DNA from: the human T2T-CHM13v2.0 reference genome, Homo sapiens
NCBI RefSeq assembly: GCF_009914755.1
Contig: NC_060934.1
Reading direction: 5' to 3' (one strand)
DNA: 64,000 nucleotides
Below the pieces are notes generated by a model. The model was not told the DNA's origin, ran no database searches, and saw only the letters and a program-made list of their open reading frames with translations. Shown piece by piece: positions 1 through 12,770 of this stretch; the stretch's first letter is position 1, and each line of letters begins with the position of its first letter. Made by a program: the position numbers and the translations under genes.

Positions 1-1885
1 GAACAGGAAGGCAAGGATGTAAAACATAGGACCAAAAGAAGCAAACAGAAAATAATTGCTAAAATAATAGAACACTTCATTGCTAACTTAACAATAATTA
101 TCATGAGTACAAACCATCTAAAAACACCAATCAAAAGACAGAGATTAGTAGAATAAATTAAAAATATTACCTAAGAAAATGTTGTTTTGAAGCAACTTGC
201 TTAAATTTCAAATGACGTATGCAGATAAAGTGAATGATGAAAAAATATTCCATGCAAATATTAATAAAAAGTAAAAGTGGCTATATTAATATCTGATAAA
301 ATTTACTTTAAAAACAAGAAAACTTCCAGTAATTCATAGTGATAAAAGAGACATCTACCAGAAAGATGTAACAAACCTAAACATGCACACACCAAACAAC
401 ACACCTTCAAAATACATGAAGCAACAATGGATAGAGCTGAAAAGATAAATAGATAAATCTGCAGTTACATGTGAACATTTACCTAAACCTCACTGTTTAT
501 ATAAAAAAAACTCAAAATCAATCGCATGTTTTTTTAATTGTGAAATGCAAAATTATCCAACTTTTTGAAATAAAATTAAACACAGGAGAAAATCTTCAGT
601 TCTTAGACTTGGCACCAAGTGCAAAACTCATAAAAGGAAAAATCTTTTTAAAATTTATACAATTAAACTTTTTTCTAACATGAAATTTTTTGCTTTGTGA
701 GGATAAAAAGACAAGCTACAGATTGGAGAAAATGTTTGCAAACCACGTATCTGACAAAGAACTAATATCCAGAATATATAAAGAACTCTCCAAACTCAAT
801 AGTAAAAAAAAAAAAAATTCACGATCGAATTAGAAAGTGGGCAAAATATGTAAACACGTTTCACTGAAGAGGGTATACAAATAATCACATCAAAAGATGT
901 TCAATATCATTAGCCTTCAAGTAAATACAAATTAAAACCTTGATGAGATCTCATGCCACACCTATAAGAATGTCTAAAATAAAAAATACAGTGATAGTGA
1001 TAACACCAAATGCTGGTGAATATTTGGAGGAACTACATCACTCTTACATTACTTGTGGGAATGTAAAATGGTTCGACCACTCTGGGAAACAGATTGGCAG
1101 TTTCCAATAAAACTCAACATAAAATTACTGTACAACTCAGCAATTACACTCTTGGACATTTATCCCACAGCAATGGAAATTTATGTGCATGCAAAAAGTT
1201 GTATATGAATGTACATAGCAGCTTTATTTATAATAGTAAAAAACTAGAAAGAACCCAGATTTCTCAGGGGGTGAATGATTAAACAAACTGTGGTACATCC
1301 ATACCATAAAATACTACTCAGCCATAAAAGGAAAGAACTATCCATATATGCAAAGACTTGCATGATCTTAAGAAAATTGTGCTGGATGAGAAAAGCCAAT
1401 CTCAGAAGCTTGCATACCATATGATTCCATTTGTATGACATTCTTGCAGTGATAAAATTATAGAGATGAAAGAATAGAGGGATAAAATTGTAGGCATGGA
1501 AAACCGATTGGTGGTTGCCTGGGGGTAGAGATGGAATGGGAAAAGATGTAAATGTGCTTATAAAAGTGCCACACCAAGTTTCTCATGGTGATGGAACCGT
1601 TCTGTATCTTGACTATAGCAGAGGATAAACAAACCTACAAGTGTGATAAAATTGTGTAGAACCAAATGCATACATACACGAGTACAAGGAAAAACTGGTG
1701 AAATCTCAGCAAAATTAGGGGTGTATCAATGTCAGTATCATGGTTGTGATATTGTTCTACAGTTTTGCAAAATGTTACCATTGGGGGAAACTGGATCAAT
1801 GGTACATGAGACCTCTCTGTATTACTTCTTTGACTGCATGTGAATCTACAGTTATCTCAGTAAAAGCCTCTATTAAAAAAAAAAA
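1..1885 (+). mobile_element. Old L1 (L1MC1-like 3' end), internally deleted
   Basis: 1-470 resembles the start of L1 ORF2 (endonuclease region). Near 480-540 it jumps to the ORF2 C-terminal region, then an L1MC1-type 3'UTR ('ttttgcaaaatgttaccattgggggaaactgg...tgcatgtgaatctac') ending in an A-tail at ~1875-1885. Confidence 0.8.
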
Positions 1886-2644
1886 GACAGAGGGGAGGTA
1901 GAAATTGTAGGAGAGCACAGAGGTAGTGGCAATTAAGAAGATGAAGGGGACAATAAGTCTTTGAAAAAAGGACACAATAAAATACATTTAAATATATTAT
2001 TCCACAAAAAAGAGAAGATTGTAAGTCATGCTTCTCACCTCCATCAACACTGAGCTCAGTCCCACATGGCTTCACCACACCTTGTTACTTTCCTATGAAC
2101 AAGGAGCAGTCCAGGTGGCACCCCCTACCCTCCAGCCCTGCAAGGTTGAGAGAGAAAAATTGCCACATAGGAATGGGGCCAGACTTGGGGGAAATTCACC
2201 CCCTGCATTTATCAAAATGCGGACCTCTGGCCTCCATGATCACCTTCCATGTTACTTCCCTAGGATGCCCAGTTTTAGGTGACTTACCACCAAGGTCAGC
2301 CTTCTACTGGATATTAGGAGTCAGGTCTGGCTTTGCAATAAAGAAAACTGATACACCTGAGTCCCACTTCTTTCTAAAACACCTAGGCATAGAGCATGGT
2401 TACATTACCCACCTACACTATTGTGACCCTGAAGTCCAAACCCTGAGTCTTGGGTTGGCCACACTGCCCTTGATAGAGTCAGGGGGTAGGAGTTAGGCCT
2501 GGTCCTGTCTCCTGTCCCTTTGGAGATTGATGTTATTTATGGGGTGGCATTAGTGCTCCTCTGGGTATGGTAAACTAAAGTCCTAGACAAAGTGATAGGT
2601 AAGGGACCAGGACTTGGGGGAGGTTCCCGGGGCTTGGATCTGGG

Positions 2645-2825
2645 TAGTACAGTGCAGTGATGAGTGCAAGTTCTGGAGTCAACCCCCTGTGGGGAGCCTG
2701 GGCCTTTCACTTCCCTGCTGTGCTCATGGCCTGATCTGTGAGATGAGGAGACTGATGGGATCCACCTCAAAGGGCTTGTAACATGCTTAAGACAATGTCT
2801 ACTGTGGCACAGAGGCTCAGTTAAA
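2645..2825 (+). mobile_element. MIR fragment
   Basis: Decayed MIR motifs: 'ttctggagtca', 'atctgtgagatgaggag', 'ccacctcaaagggcttgt', 'tggcacagaggctcagttaa'. Confidence 0.55.
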
Positions 2826-4054
2826 CTGGGTGGGGATGACACAATGATTTCTGACCTCGAATTCACAACTAGCTTAAGAGTGAGGGGTGCAAGTGGAGAA
2901 GTATTTCCTTGAGACATGGGGAGAGAGGCCAGGGGTGAAGCCCATCAGGACAAGAAGTCATACTTAGAGGTTGAGCCACGGGGCAGCTATGATAGCTCAC
3001 ACAGGTAGAGTGGCCACGTTCTTGTGGTAAACTGAGGGGGGCAAGAGGAGCCTTCTGGTGAAGGGCCAGGCTCCAAGAAGGAGATTGGAGCCACGGAGGC
3101 AGCAGACTCTGACGTCAGTTCAGTGGAGAGGCAGCCAGACTGGGCACTGACACTGGACCTGGGCTTGGGATGCCCAAGCCTGTTGAGGCCGTCTTCCCAC
3201 ATCACTTGGGCAGCATCCAAATGTGCTGGTGGACGTGGTTTCTCGGCACAGGCTTATTTTCTGCACAACCCGCTTGCTCCCACCTTTTTTCTGCCCTCAA
3301 GCTTCAGGACGCAGATGGGAGCTGTCCCAACCCTCCAGGTTTCTGTCCTTTGCCCTCTAAATTGTCCTTCTTTTATCTTCCCCCTGAGTTGTCTTTTGCT
3401 GTGAGTCCTAATACCTCTGCTTCTGGTCTTCCCTTCCCACCCTCGCATGGTTACAGGTTACCCCCTACAGGACAGTTTGCAGGTCACAGTTAATCTCTTT
3501 GGGGAGCTTCCCTTCCTGATAGCAGCTGCTTAATTGGGGGTGCATGTGAAAGCATTTCCACAAGTCTTCACTACCTTTAAGCTTCCACTGTGTTGGCAGA
3601 GGGCTGGGGGCTGGAAGAGCTAGGATCTCTGATGTCAGTGAGGCTTTTGTATCTGTGCCCAGAGTGGGGCAAGAGGGGACATCCCAGGGGAGCATGTGAA
3701 GGGAAAGGCCAGATGGGAAAATCCTGCATAAGGTAGTGAAGCTTTATGATATGTGATACATGCTATGTCTGAGGCTTGAAGGACACACTCTGCCATTGAT
3801 TTGTTTGTTCACTCCACAAACACCTACCCAGTGGCTCCTGGAAGCCATGACTGAGCTCGGCGTCTGGGGTAGGAAAATCCGTAGCATCTCATCTCTGTCC
3901 TTCGGACACCTGGCATCTAGCAGAGGAGAAGGCAGGTGCATACAGCTCAGGACTGCTCTGTTCTTCTTCCTCATGAAGCAGGAGCGAGGGCCTGATGGCT
4001 TTGTTTAACTCTCCATGTTATGGAGCAGAGGATTCAGCATCCAGCCCTTTACTG

Positions 4055-4195
4055 ATGTCTTCGAATACATTATCTCACTTTCATAATCTTCACATAGCAT
4101 CTATTAGTGAGATGGGACACTGGAGCCAAGAAACTTGAAATACTATAAATGTCACCCAGCTGGCAAATGGTAGACCTGGGATTTGAATGCTGCTT
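4055..4195 (-). mobile_element. MIR fragment
   Basis: 'gtcacccagctggcaaatggtagacctgggatttgaa' matches the reverse MIR core. Confidence 0.55.
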
Positions 4196-4379
4196 CTTTT
4201 GAAACCTCCCTCGGGAGAGGGGTAAGGCTACATTAGCTGGGGTGAAGGCAGGGAGAAGAGTTGGGGGAGATTAAAGACCAAGGGAGTCCCATGGGCAGGA
4301 GATGACATGGGCATGGGCTAGGGCATCAGTGAAGTGGGGAAGGGAGCTAGAGAGACGCATTCTGTTTGCTTGTGAGCCT

Positions 4380-4560
4380 TCTGCAAAGGCTAACTTGAGC
4401 CAGGCAGAGCTGGACATTGAGGATGCAGAGATGAACAATTGTAATGAATGAGCTCACAGTCCAATGGGCGAGGGATCTGGGAGCTGACAACCGCAGAGGA
4501 GCATGATGGATGTTGTGCCTGAGGAGGAGCCCTGACACAGTGAAGGCAAACTCAGGGCAG
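4380..4560 (-). mobile_element. L2 3' fragment
   Basis: 'gccaggcagagctggacattgaggatgcagagatgaacaa...gagctcacagtccaatggg' is a typical reverse L2 3' end. Confidence 0.5.
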
Positions 4561-5544
4561 GCTGGAGGAGGCAAGACCAGAGCCACTGTCGAGAAGAAGT
4601 CAAGGAGGCAATGAGGAGAATCAGAGGAAATTGAAAGACAAGAGCTAAGTGTTCTTCCCAGAGAACAACAGGGACAGGGGATTGAGGAAGGAGAGGATGT
4701 GCAGTCTGTGGTTTCCTGACATTTTCTTCAAGGAGTCTGGGACTCCGTCCCTCTCCCCATGCGTGCCCAGGCAGTGCTCCTGGCTGCCGATGCCTGCACC
4801 TCCTTCAGCCTCTCCTGGGCCTGTCCCTTGGGCCTGCTCTCTCGCTTCTTCCCTGACTGACTGCTTTCTCTCCTCTGGAAGGGTCATTTCCCACCACATG
4901 AACCTCCTGTGAGATTAAAGCTGACCAGCCAGGAACGGAGAAACCAGGCTGGAGATTTCTCTGTCTGATTTGAGTGTAAGCAAGGGGCAGTGGAAGGTGT
5001 CATCTGGTAGGGAGGAAGGCAGGGCCGGCCCTGGAGGCCACAGGAGGCCAAAGGAAGTGTTTGTCTGCAGCCGAGTTCTCTATTACACAGCATCAGGTAA
5101 CTGTCACTAGCTCTGGGCTCATGTAACCAAGAATAGGGACATTCTTGGCCCAGACACATGGGAAACCATGGCTGGATGAGATGCCTACCACCCCTTGCTG
5201 GTGCCTGGGACCAAGTGGAAGCTCAAGATCTCATGACATTGTGGAGCTGGGGGCTCTCGCATTAGCAAGGACATGGGCAGGACACCCCAGACGAGTTAGC
5301 TACCTGGTGAGAAGTGGCATCCTGTGGAAACGTGGTTCTTTTCTTTTTTTTTTTTTTTCCTGTAAGTACCATCCTCAGCATTCCAAGCCTGGTGAGACAG
5401 CTGACATCTCACATTCCACCACATCCCTTTTGAAACATCCCTTTAATGAGAGACGAGCCTGTGTCTGCTGGGGAGAAGGCAGCTGATGCAGGGTTACCTC
5501 TCACTGAAGGGATGAGGTGAGGAGTCAGGATAGAAAGCCTCAGT

Positions 5545-5790
5545 CCTCAACCTCAAAAAGCATGCTGTATCTCTGAGGAGATAAGATGGGGTCAGAAATA
5601 ATTACTGCACAGTTGAGAAAGGGATCTGATGATCCACAAACTGAGCTCTGAGAGGCTAATAGAGGGAGCATACAAGCTGGGGAGATGGAAGGCTTCCTGG
5701 AGAAGGTGGCATGGGACAGGCCTCAGAGGATGGAAAGGTGATGTGCGGATGAAGGGAGGAGGCCCACAGCTGGGCACATAGCAGCAGTGA
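5545..5790 (-). mobile_element. L2 fragment
   Basis: 'ggaaggcttcctggagaaggtggcat...ggcctcagaggatgga' L2-like motif. Confidence 0.45.
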
Positions 5791-6128
5791 CCTGTGCAGT
5801 GGGCACTCAGGCTGCCTCTGGGGCAGATAGAGACGGCGCCACCCAGAGGGAGCCTGGGGCTCTCTGGCCTTGTCAGGGGTTTGGCCTCAATTAGGGAGGA
5901 GCCCAGCCACCTCTGCCTCTGTGAAAAGTGGTCACAGGATGGAGATCCTGGTGGCAGCATGACTAAGGGGCCTGGGACCTCGGACACCAAATCCAAGGCT
6001 GTGGTCCCAGTTAGAGAGGAGGCAGCGTGAGCTGCCCGGGTTGTAGTGCTGGGAATGAGAGAGAAATGCTGCCCTGGGTGGGATTTAGGGACTGAGGGAA
6101 GCAGGAATTACTGGGGAGAGAGGAAGGT

Positions 6129-6214
6129 CTAGGTGACCTGGTGGGAAGGAGTGCATAGAGGGGGCTGGGCTCTGGGTGACCTGGTGGGGAGGGGTGCATA
6201 GTGGGGGCTGGTCT
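6129..6214. repeat. Tandem duplication, 2 x 43 bp, G-rich
   Basis: ctaggtgacctggtgggaaggagtgcatagagggggctgggct / ctgggtgacctggtggggaggggtgcatagtgggggctggtct. Confidence 0.85.
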
Positions 6215-6840
6215 CCCCTGCCTCAGCTGCCCTTAGGGATCATGGGGATGATGGGGGCCCTGGGCATGATCAGGTTGAGAGAAGTCCACATGACAACCCC
6301 CGGGGGCTAGTTTCCTAGTTGCCCATTGGCATTTTTGCTGGGCTGAAGCTCCACAAGATAAGAGCTCCAAGAGTTCTAGCATTTTCTTCTTCCTCTTTTT
6401 AATATTCAGCATGGCAAAGACAGCAGACATGGGATTCATCAGGAAAAAAACAGTGATTAGAAAGTGATGGGTGTTCTGGTGTCTGTACAGGAAGCTCGGC
6501 ACCTGGTCGAAGCAGGTTCCTCAAGGACGGAGACAGCCAGGACTCCCTAGGCAAGGAGAGGTGCATGTGCAGAGGTCTCAGCAGGCCAGCGTGGAGGTCC
6601 CCCTTTCTCCTTATAGCTCAGAGATGGAGGAACTTGTCATGTCAAAACACAGAATCGCCTCAACCCAACCTCTTTACCCGTACTTTCTGCTCCTGTGGAT
6701 GGCTCAGCTTCTTCTAAGCGAGCTGTTTCTTCCACTTCGCTGCAGGCCTTAGTTCACAGTGTCCTGGTGGGCTACTGATGATGGCCAGGATGGACTTATG
6801 GAATATGAATATGTAATTGTATTTCAATTTTAAACATGAG

Positions 6841-7165
6841 TAAAAGCTCAAAGAAGTAGACAGTAGAATGGTGGCCTCCAGGGCCTGGGGTGGGGAAGGA
6901 GGATTTCGGTTCGACAGGAAGAATAAGTTCTAGAGATCTGTTGATCTGTTGATCACAGGGTTGTGCAACACTGTGACTATAGTTAATAATATATTGTATT
7001 CTTGAAAATTCCTAAGAAAGTGGTGTTATCACCATAATAAGTAAAGCTTATGTTAATTCATTCAATTCAGCCATTCCACAATGTATACATATTTTTAAAT
7101 ATTATGTTGTACACAACAAATATGTACAATTTTATGGCAATTAAAAGTAAATAAATCAGAAAAAA
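6841..7165 (+). mobile_element. L1MA-type 3' end fragment
   Basis: 'gacaggaagaataagttctagagatctg...gtgactatagttaataat...cagccattccacaatgtatacata' followed by an A-rich tail. Confidence 0.75.
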
Positions 7166-7811
7166 GAATAACAAATTAAAAGCAAATGAGACTGTTTCCC
7201 TGGCAACTTAGAAAATGATGTCTATATCAACCAGTAAATCACTTGTAACTCAAAAAATGGGAAAAAAGTCCAAAGAATCACAGATTGAGAAGGCTCACAG
7301 TTTAGCGGCATTTTTGAGGACATCTTCTTACCCATCGATCCTGCTGGGGCAGGGAGGACAGTTCCTTGCAACAGTCACTACATAGATGCCACACTGCTGT
7401 GGAAATGAGGTTCGCCTGGGCACAGCCCCAGCGAGTGGGGGTCCTGGCACCACATGCTAAGCCTTCCCCATGCCCAGTCTTTCACTCTGCACTGAAGCTG
7501 CCTGGGTCTGCCTTCCCTCAGCACCTACAGGAAATCCCCATAGCCCCCATGCTGGGCACCAAGAGTGGGCAGCATATAGCAACAGTCCATCAGCTGTCAA
7601 TCAGGTTCTCAAATACATCTGGGCACCTACTGGAAAGGTAAGGGATGGGTTTTCCTCAAAGTGAAAAAAAAAAAATCCAGAAAACAAGATGCAGCTAGGT
7701 GCCAAATGATGTCATCCCAGAAGGAGTAGTCAGCCTGCCAGACTAACATTGCTCATGAGGGATCCATGGCAAAGGAGACAGAGGAAGGTTTCCTTGGAGA
7801 GGACTTTATTG

Positions 7812-7950
7812 GATAATAATCCGAATGACTAACATTTAGCAAGCGTTTCCTAGGTGCTAGACATTGTCTAAGGCGCTTACATGACTAACTCACTTAACCA
7901 TGCTATGTGGTAGGCTTCTAATTTGCTCAAGGTTACCTAGCTAGAAACTT
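7812..7950 (-). mobile_element. MIR fragment
   Basis: 'ctaacatttagcaagcg...tgctagacattgtctaaggcgcttaca...ttgctcaaggttacctagcta'. Confidence 0.55.
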
Positions 7951-8054
7951 AGCCTGACTTCTAAGATTTTGATTTGAATTGGCCCATAAAGAACACCAAT
8001 GGGTGTTTATGTAGGACTTAACCATGTGCAAGTCTGAGCCTCTTACGTAAGCAG

Positions 8055-8419
8055 TGTATTAGTTCATTTTTACACTGCTAATGAAGACATACCTAAGACT
8101 GGGAAATTTATAAAGAAAAAGAGGTTTAATGGGACTCATAGTTACACGTGGCTGGGGAGGCCTCAAAATCATGGTGGAAAGTGAAAGGCATGTCTTACAT
8201 TCCAGCAGACAAGAGACAGAATGAGAACCAAGCAAAAGGGAAAATGCCTTATAAAACCATCAGATCTCATGAGACTTATTCACCACAGCAAGAACAGTAT
8301 GGGGGAAACCACCACCATGATTCAATTATCATCCACCAGGTCCCTCCCATAACATGTGGGCATTATGGGAGCTACAATTCAAGATGAGATTTGGGTGGTG
8401 ACATAGCCAAACCATATCA
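8055..8419 (-). mobile_element. THE1B-like solo LTR (MaLR) inserted in a MIR
   Basis: TG...CA termini ('tgtattagtt'...'ccaaaccatatca'), 365 bp, perfect 5-bp TSD AGCAG at 8050-8054 and 8420-8424. MIR core 'ccccattttacagatgga' resumes at ~8460. Confidence 0.92.
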
Positions 8420-10509
8420 AGCAGTCACTTTGAGTTTTTAGAAAACCTATGAAAATGCTTCCCCATTTTACAGATGGAGCAAGTAAGGTCCATAGTGAAG
8501 AAAGGATTCCAGGTAAGGTGGTGTAGGCAACTATGAGATGAGAGCATAATGTGGGTAAGTGGTAGGAGATGGATAGATGTGGAGTGAAGGCTCACTTTGG
8601 AGAAATGGTTGGTCTCCTGGGTAGGGAGGTTGCATCATAGAAATAGAATTTGGAGGCAGCACTTCCTCATCATCATGTGGTGTTAGAGGAAGAGAACCTG
8701 ACCAAATGGCCAGCTATGCCAGCCTGGAGTTTTCCTGCATGACCTTCTCTTTGTAGGGCACAGAGTTAGTATTAAAAATCATCTGAGAACAAGACTTTGT
8801 CACACAGCATTTAGGAATAGCTCACACGTGTTCCTGAGATCTCACAATGAACCCGAATCTCACATCCCTGAGGCTGCTTAGCTCTGCTCCTCCAGATAGC
8901 CATATCCAGCTCATCTCTGGGCTCATGAAAACTGCTCCAAGAGGCCCAGAAAAGAAAGGTAGTCCCACAAGCCTTGGAGTTGTCTATTGGTCATTTTTAA
9001 GTTTAAACTTCAAGTCTGAGCTTTGAATGGCCAGAGGTCTTACATAGATCTATAGGCTTCCAAAAAGAGTTTAGATACTAAGAAAAAAGTAGTAAAAATT
9101 TGACATGCTCTTGCTAGACAAAGTCAAACATCTGGATATTTAGATAAAGCAAGATTTTTAATGGAGCTTTTCAGTTTTCTCATGGATATTTGGCCTTATG
9201 TAGTTGCAAATGTGAATCAAATCTAAAAATAATATGTGGATTTGCACCGCAAATTCAGTGGGCACTGAGCTGGAACTGTCAAAATGAAGGGTCCACACTA
9301 GTGCAAGTTAACATCTTGGTTTTGTGTTATTGCAAGATGATGACAGCATGTGTATGCTACATTACAACAATCTGCCATGGCATTAATAGCTTTGGTGTGT
9401 GATAAATGCAACAGGTCCCCAAGGAAGTCCGCTCAGAGGTTAACTCCATCCAAACAAGTTATATATAGCCTCACTCTCACTAAATTCTACCAAGTCTCCT
9501 ACTTTCAAATAACACCAGTGTTGGAGCAATATTTTGGTATAAATTTTGTCTATGTGATGAGTGTTTCCAGCGCAGGACTTTATGTTACCCTGTATAATGT
9601 GTCCTGTGATGCTGAGGGTAATTAGGAGTGAATGCATAGCAAACCAGTCTCAGGGGAGTTCCTTGGAGATTATTACATCGAAGCTGTGGAATGGACGAGC
9701 CTAATGGGGCTGGATTTGGGAGCCAGTTGTGGACCATCTCCAAGACAGAAAGAATATGGAATGATCCATGTTAGACAACACTCACTAATTCCCTCAGTGC
9801 TCATAAACCTGTGGCCACTGGGCTCAATGCCACTTGCTGAGAATAGGAAGATTAATATATTATAGAATTTGGGGCAGTGTAGGAGATTTGAAGGGTGGGA
9901 AATTGGCCCTCTGCCACTAGATGAGCACTGAGTGGTATGTTCACTCTGCCTAGGGCTTGTCAGCCATCTGGTATACCCCTCTCAGTTACCCCTGAGTTAT
10001 ACCATGCTGCTGGGATCTCTCCACAAATGCTTCTTCTTTCTAAACACAGATTTTACCTTTGTGTTTTGGCAAGTAAGGGGATATTTTGTACCCAAATGGC
10101 CCCTAGCTGGAGTCATTCTTCAAGATTTCCTGAACTGAAAGGATCCTGAGAGAAATGGAAATCAGAAAATCAAGTTATCTGCTCAGTGGACTAGAGTCCA
10201 TGAGGTTAGGCTGCAGCCCTAGCAAGGGTGGGCATGGAGGAATCACACTCACTTATCTGCAGTGTATGCTCCAGAGGCCTTCACTGAACATGTGCTGTAA
10301 AAGAAAAAGGGTTGCAGGAAGGTTGAGAAGGCAAGCTCATCAACTGTGCATGGGAAGGGAGCAAAGCTGACAGGCAGGACTGATGGGGTGACATTCCCTT
10401 TTTACCAAAAAAGAAATCTGTGCACATAGCCATAGTCCAACAGTATTAAAGTGACACAATATCATCTAATCCCAGATTCCCTAATCTTACTTGCCTGAGG
10501 CAGCAATTA

Positions 10510-11221
10510 CAGTAGTCCTCCCTTATCCGCAGTTTCACTTTCCACAGTTTCAGTTATCGGGGTCAACTGAGGCCAAACATATTAAATGGAACATTCCAGA
10601 AATAAGCAATTCATAAGTTCTAAATTGCACACCATTCTGAGTAGTGTGATGAAATTTCTCGCTGTCTTGCTCTGTCCCACTCAGGATCTGAATCATCCTT
10701 TTATCCAGCATCTCCATGTTGTAGACGCTCCCTGCTGGTGGTCCCTGACATTGTCTGCTCCTGGCACCCAGCCACAAACATGCTCACGGTGCAAAGATCC
10801 AGGATCATCTGAGGCAGATAATTCTCCATCCAATAACTTGTCAGAAGGTCAATGGCAGGCTAACGCTGCATCTCAATGCCTACATCACGTACCCCAACTT
10901 CCTCTACATCGCACAACAGCACAAGAAAAAGGGCAGGTACAGTACAATTAGATAAAGAGAGAAAGAGAGAGAAAACACATTCACATAACCTTTAGTACAT
11001 TACTTTGTTATAATTGTTCTATTTTATTATTAGTTATTATTGATTGTTAATCTCTTACTGAGATTAAGTAAGAGATTATTTACTTGTCTAAGTAAGTTAG
11101 TAAATTTCATTCTAAGATAAATGAAATTTTACCTTAGCTCTGTATATATATAGAAAGAAAACATAGTATATACAGGATTTGCTCTTGAAACATATCTCTC
11201 ATGGATAAGAGAAAACTACTA
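10510..11221 (+). mobile_element. MER44 (Tigger7-derived MITE)
   Basis: Left TIR 'cagtagtcctcccttatcc' preceded by TA; decayed right TIR 'ggataagagaaaactact'; MER44 internal motifs ('ttccagaaataagcaattcataag', 'agtgtgatgaaat'). Confidence 0.8.
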
Positions 11222-11719
11222 TCAGTTTCTTGTGTATCCTTCTATTTTTATGCATATGCAAATACAAATACAAATATATAAATGCATGTATGTATATGCA
11301 TAAAATATATATACATACACAATTTTAATTTTTCTAGTTTAAAAAAATTTTTTTAGTTAAACATTTTTAATTTTTAAGTTAATTTAATTTAAAATTAATT
11401 TTTTTACACAAATGAGAGCATATTTATGAAATTCTTTTTTGTACTCTTTTTTTCTTTTTTGACTAGTCAGTTACACTCTACCTTGGAGAGCAAGGTAGAA
11501 CTTAACAGTGATTTTTCCCTAAGGCCATGGATTTTCACTGTGCTCATTCATGGAAGAATAGAAAGGGGGAAATTCGGCTTGGTCGGTCCCCATAACTTGG
11601 AGTATTAGATGGTTGTAGAGAGCTCGGTTTGATATATAACAGCTGTGACATTGCTGTTACAACTCCACCCATCACCTCAAAATTGCATTAACAAAGTGAT
11701 GGGATTCAGGACAGAGGAG

Positions 11720-12170
11720 GCGATAGCTCAAATCATGCACTTGAGGAGGATACGGATCCACTGGAATGTTATCTAAGAGAGTGGCCAGGATTGGTCAAGG
11801 GACTAAACATCATGTCAAATGAGTTCTGAGTGACAAACTGACAGATGGAACCAACCAACCAACAAACCAACCCCCGAAACTAGAGATCCATGAAAGTGGT
11901 GGTGGGAGTTTACTTATATAATTTTGTTTTAACTTGGCTAGGGAATGTGGGATCCTGGTAGCTGCATGAATGTGGAAGAGAGAGGAGACGTCTGCGGTGA
12001 GGACTGATTGTGTGGAATTAGGATCACTGAGTGGAGGCTACAGAGAAACTGCTGAACACGAAGAGCATTCCAAGGACATCACTGCCTGTGGGCGGCATCA
12101 TCAGCTTAGATAAGTGGTAGGCCCCCGGCACTGCAAGTATTGGAGGGTAAGCTGCCTAGGCACATGAAGC
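11720..12170 (+). mobile_element. L3/CR1 LINE 3' remnants
   Basis: 'ccactggaatgttatctaagagagtggccaggattggtcaagggactaaacatcatgtcaaatgag' resembles the L3 ORF2 end; interrupted by an (AACC)n tract at ~11849-11872. Confidence 0.5.
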
Positions 12171-12181
12171 AAAGGCCATGA

Positions 12182-12475
12182 AGTGATATTTCTCAATCTT
12201 TGCTTTTAACACAACTAGTGTTCTCTATGATCATACTAGTTGTTTCACAGAACATGTTCGATAGGACATTAAAGTTTAGAAATATTAGTTTAAACCAAGT
12301 TCAGCAGTGATGTTTACTGTAGACTTTCTCAGGAAGGGGATGAAATGCACTGCCTTGCACGTTGATGACATAACACCTGCTCAGGCATGCATGTCCACTT
12401 GTCATATTACATGATGAAGGGGGAGCATTTCCGGGCTCAGTGGGATTCCATGGAACACAGTTTGGGAAACCATGT
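12182..12475. mobile_element. Old hAT-Charlie-type MER (MER103-like)
   Basis: Terminal 'ccatggaacacagtttgggaaacca' and internal 'gtttactgtagactttctcag'. Confidence 0.4.
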
Positions 12476-12599
12476 TACTGCAGGATGGAGGTAACACTGG
12501 ATGATCATCTGGGTCCAGGACTGTGACTCCAGAGGATGAAATGTCTATCTGGCATATTCCACCTTGGGTCAGGAATAGCCGGCATCAGTCACATGCATC

Positions 12600-12770
12600 C
12601 CCAGTGGCAAGTGCTATTGGCCCTGTTTAGAGCATTTTCTCATTTCACCATGTCAATGAATCTTGAAGACAGTTACTGTTATTGGACTCATTTTACAAAT
12701 GGGGAAACTGAGGAACAGCACCCTTATACAAGGTGGCCCAGGCCATGAACTGGAACCCCAGCCTCGTGCT
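12600..12770 (-). mobile_element. MIR
   Basis: Core 'cattttacaaatggggaaactgagg'. Confidence 0.65.

Noticed and set aside
9910-9930. CTCF-like 'gccactagatgagcac'
   Set aside because: An extra base disrupts the invariant GGC of the core motif.
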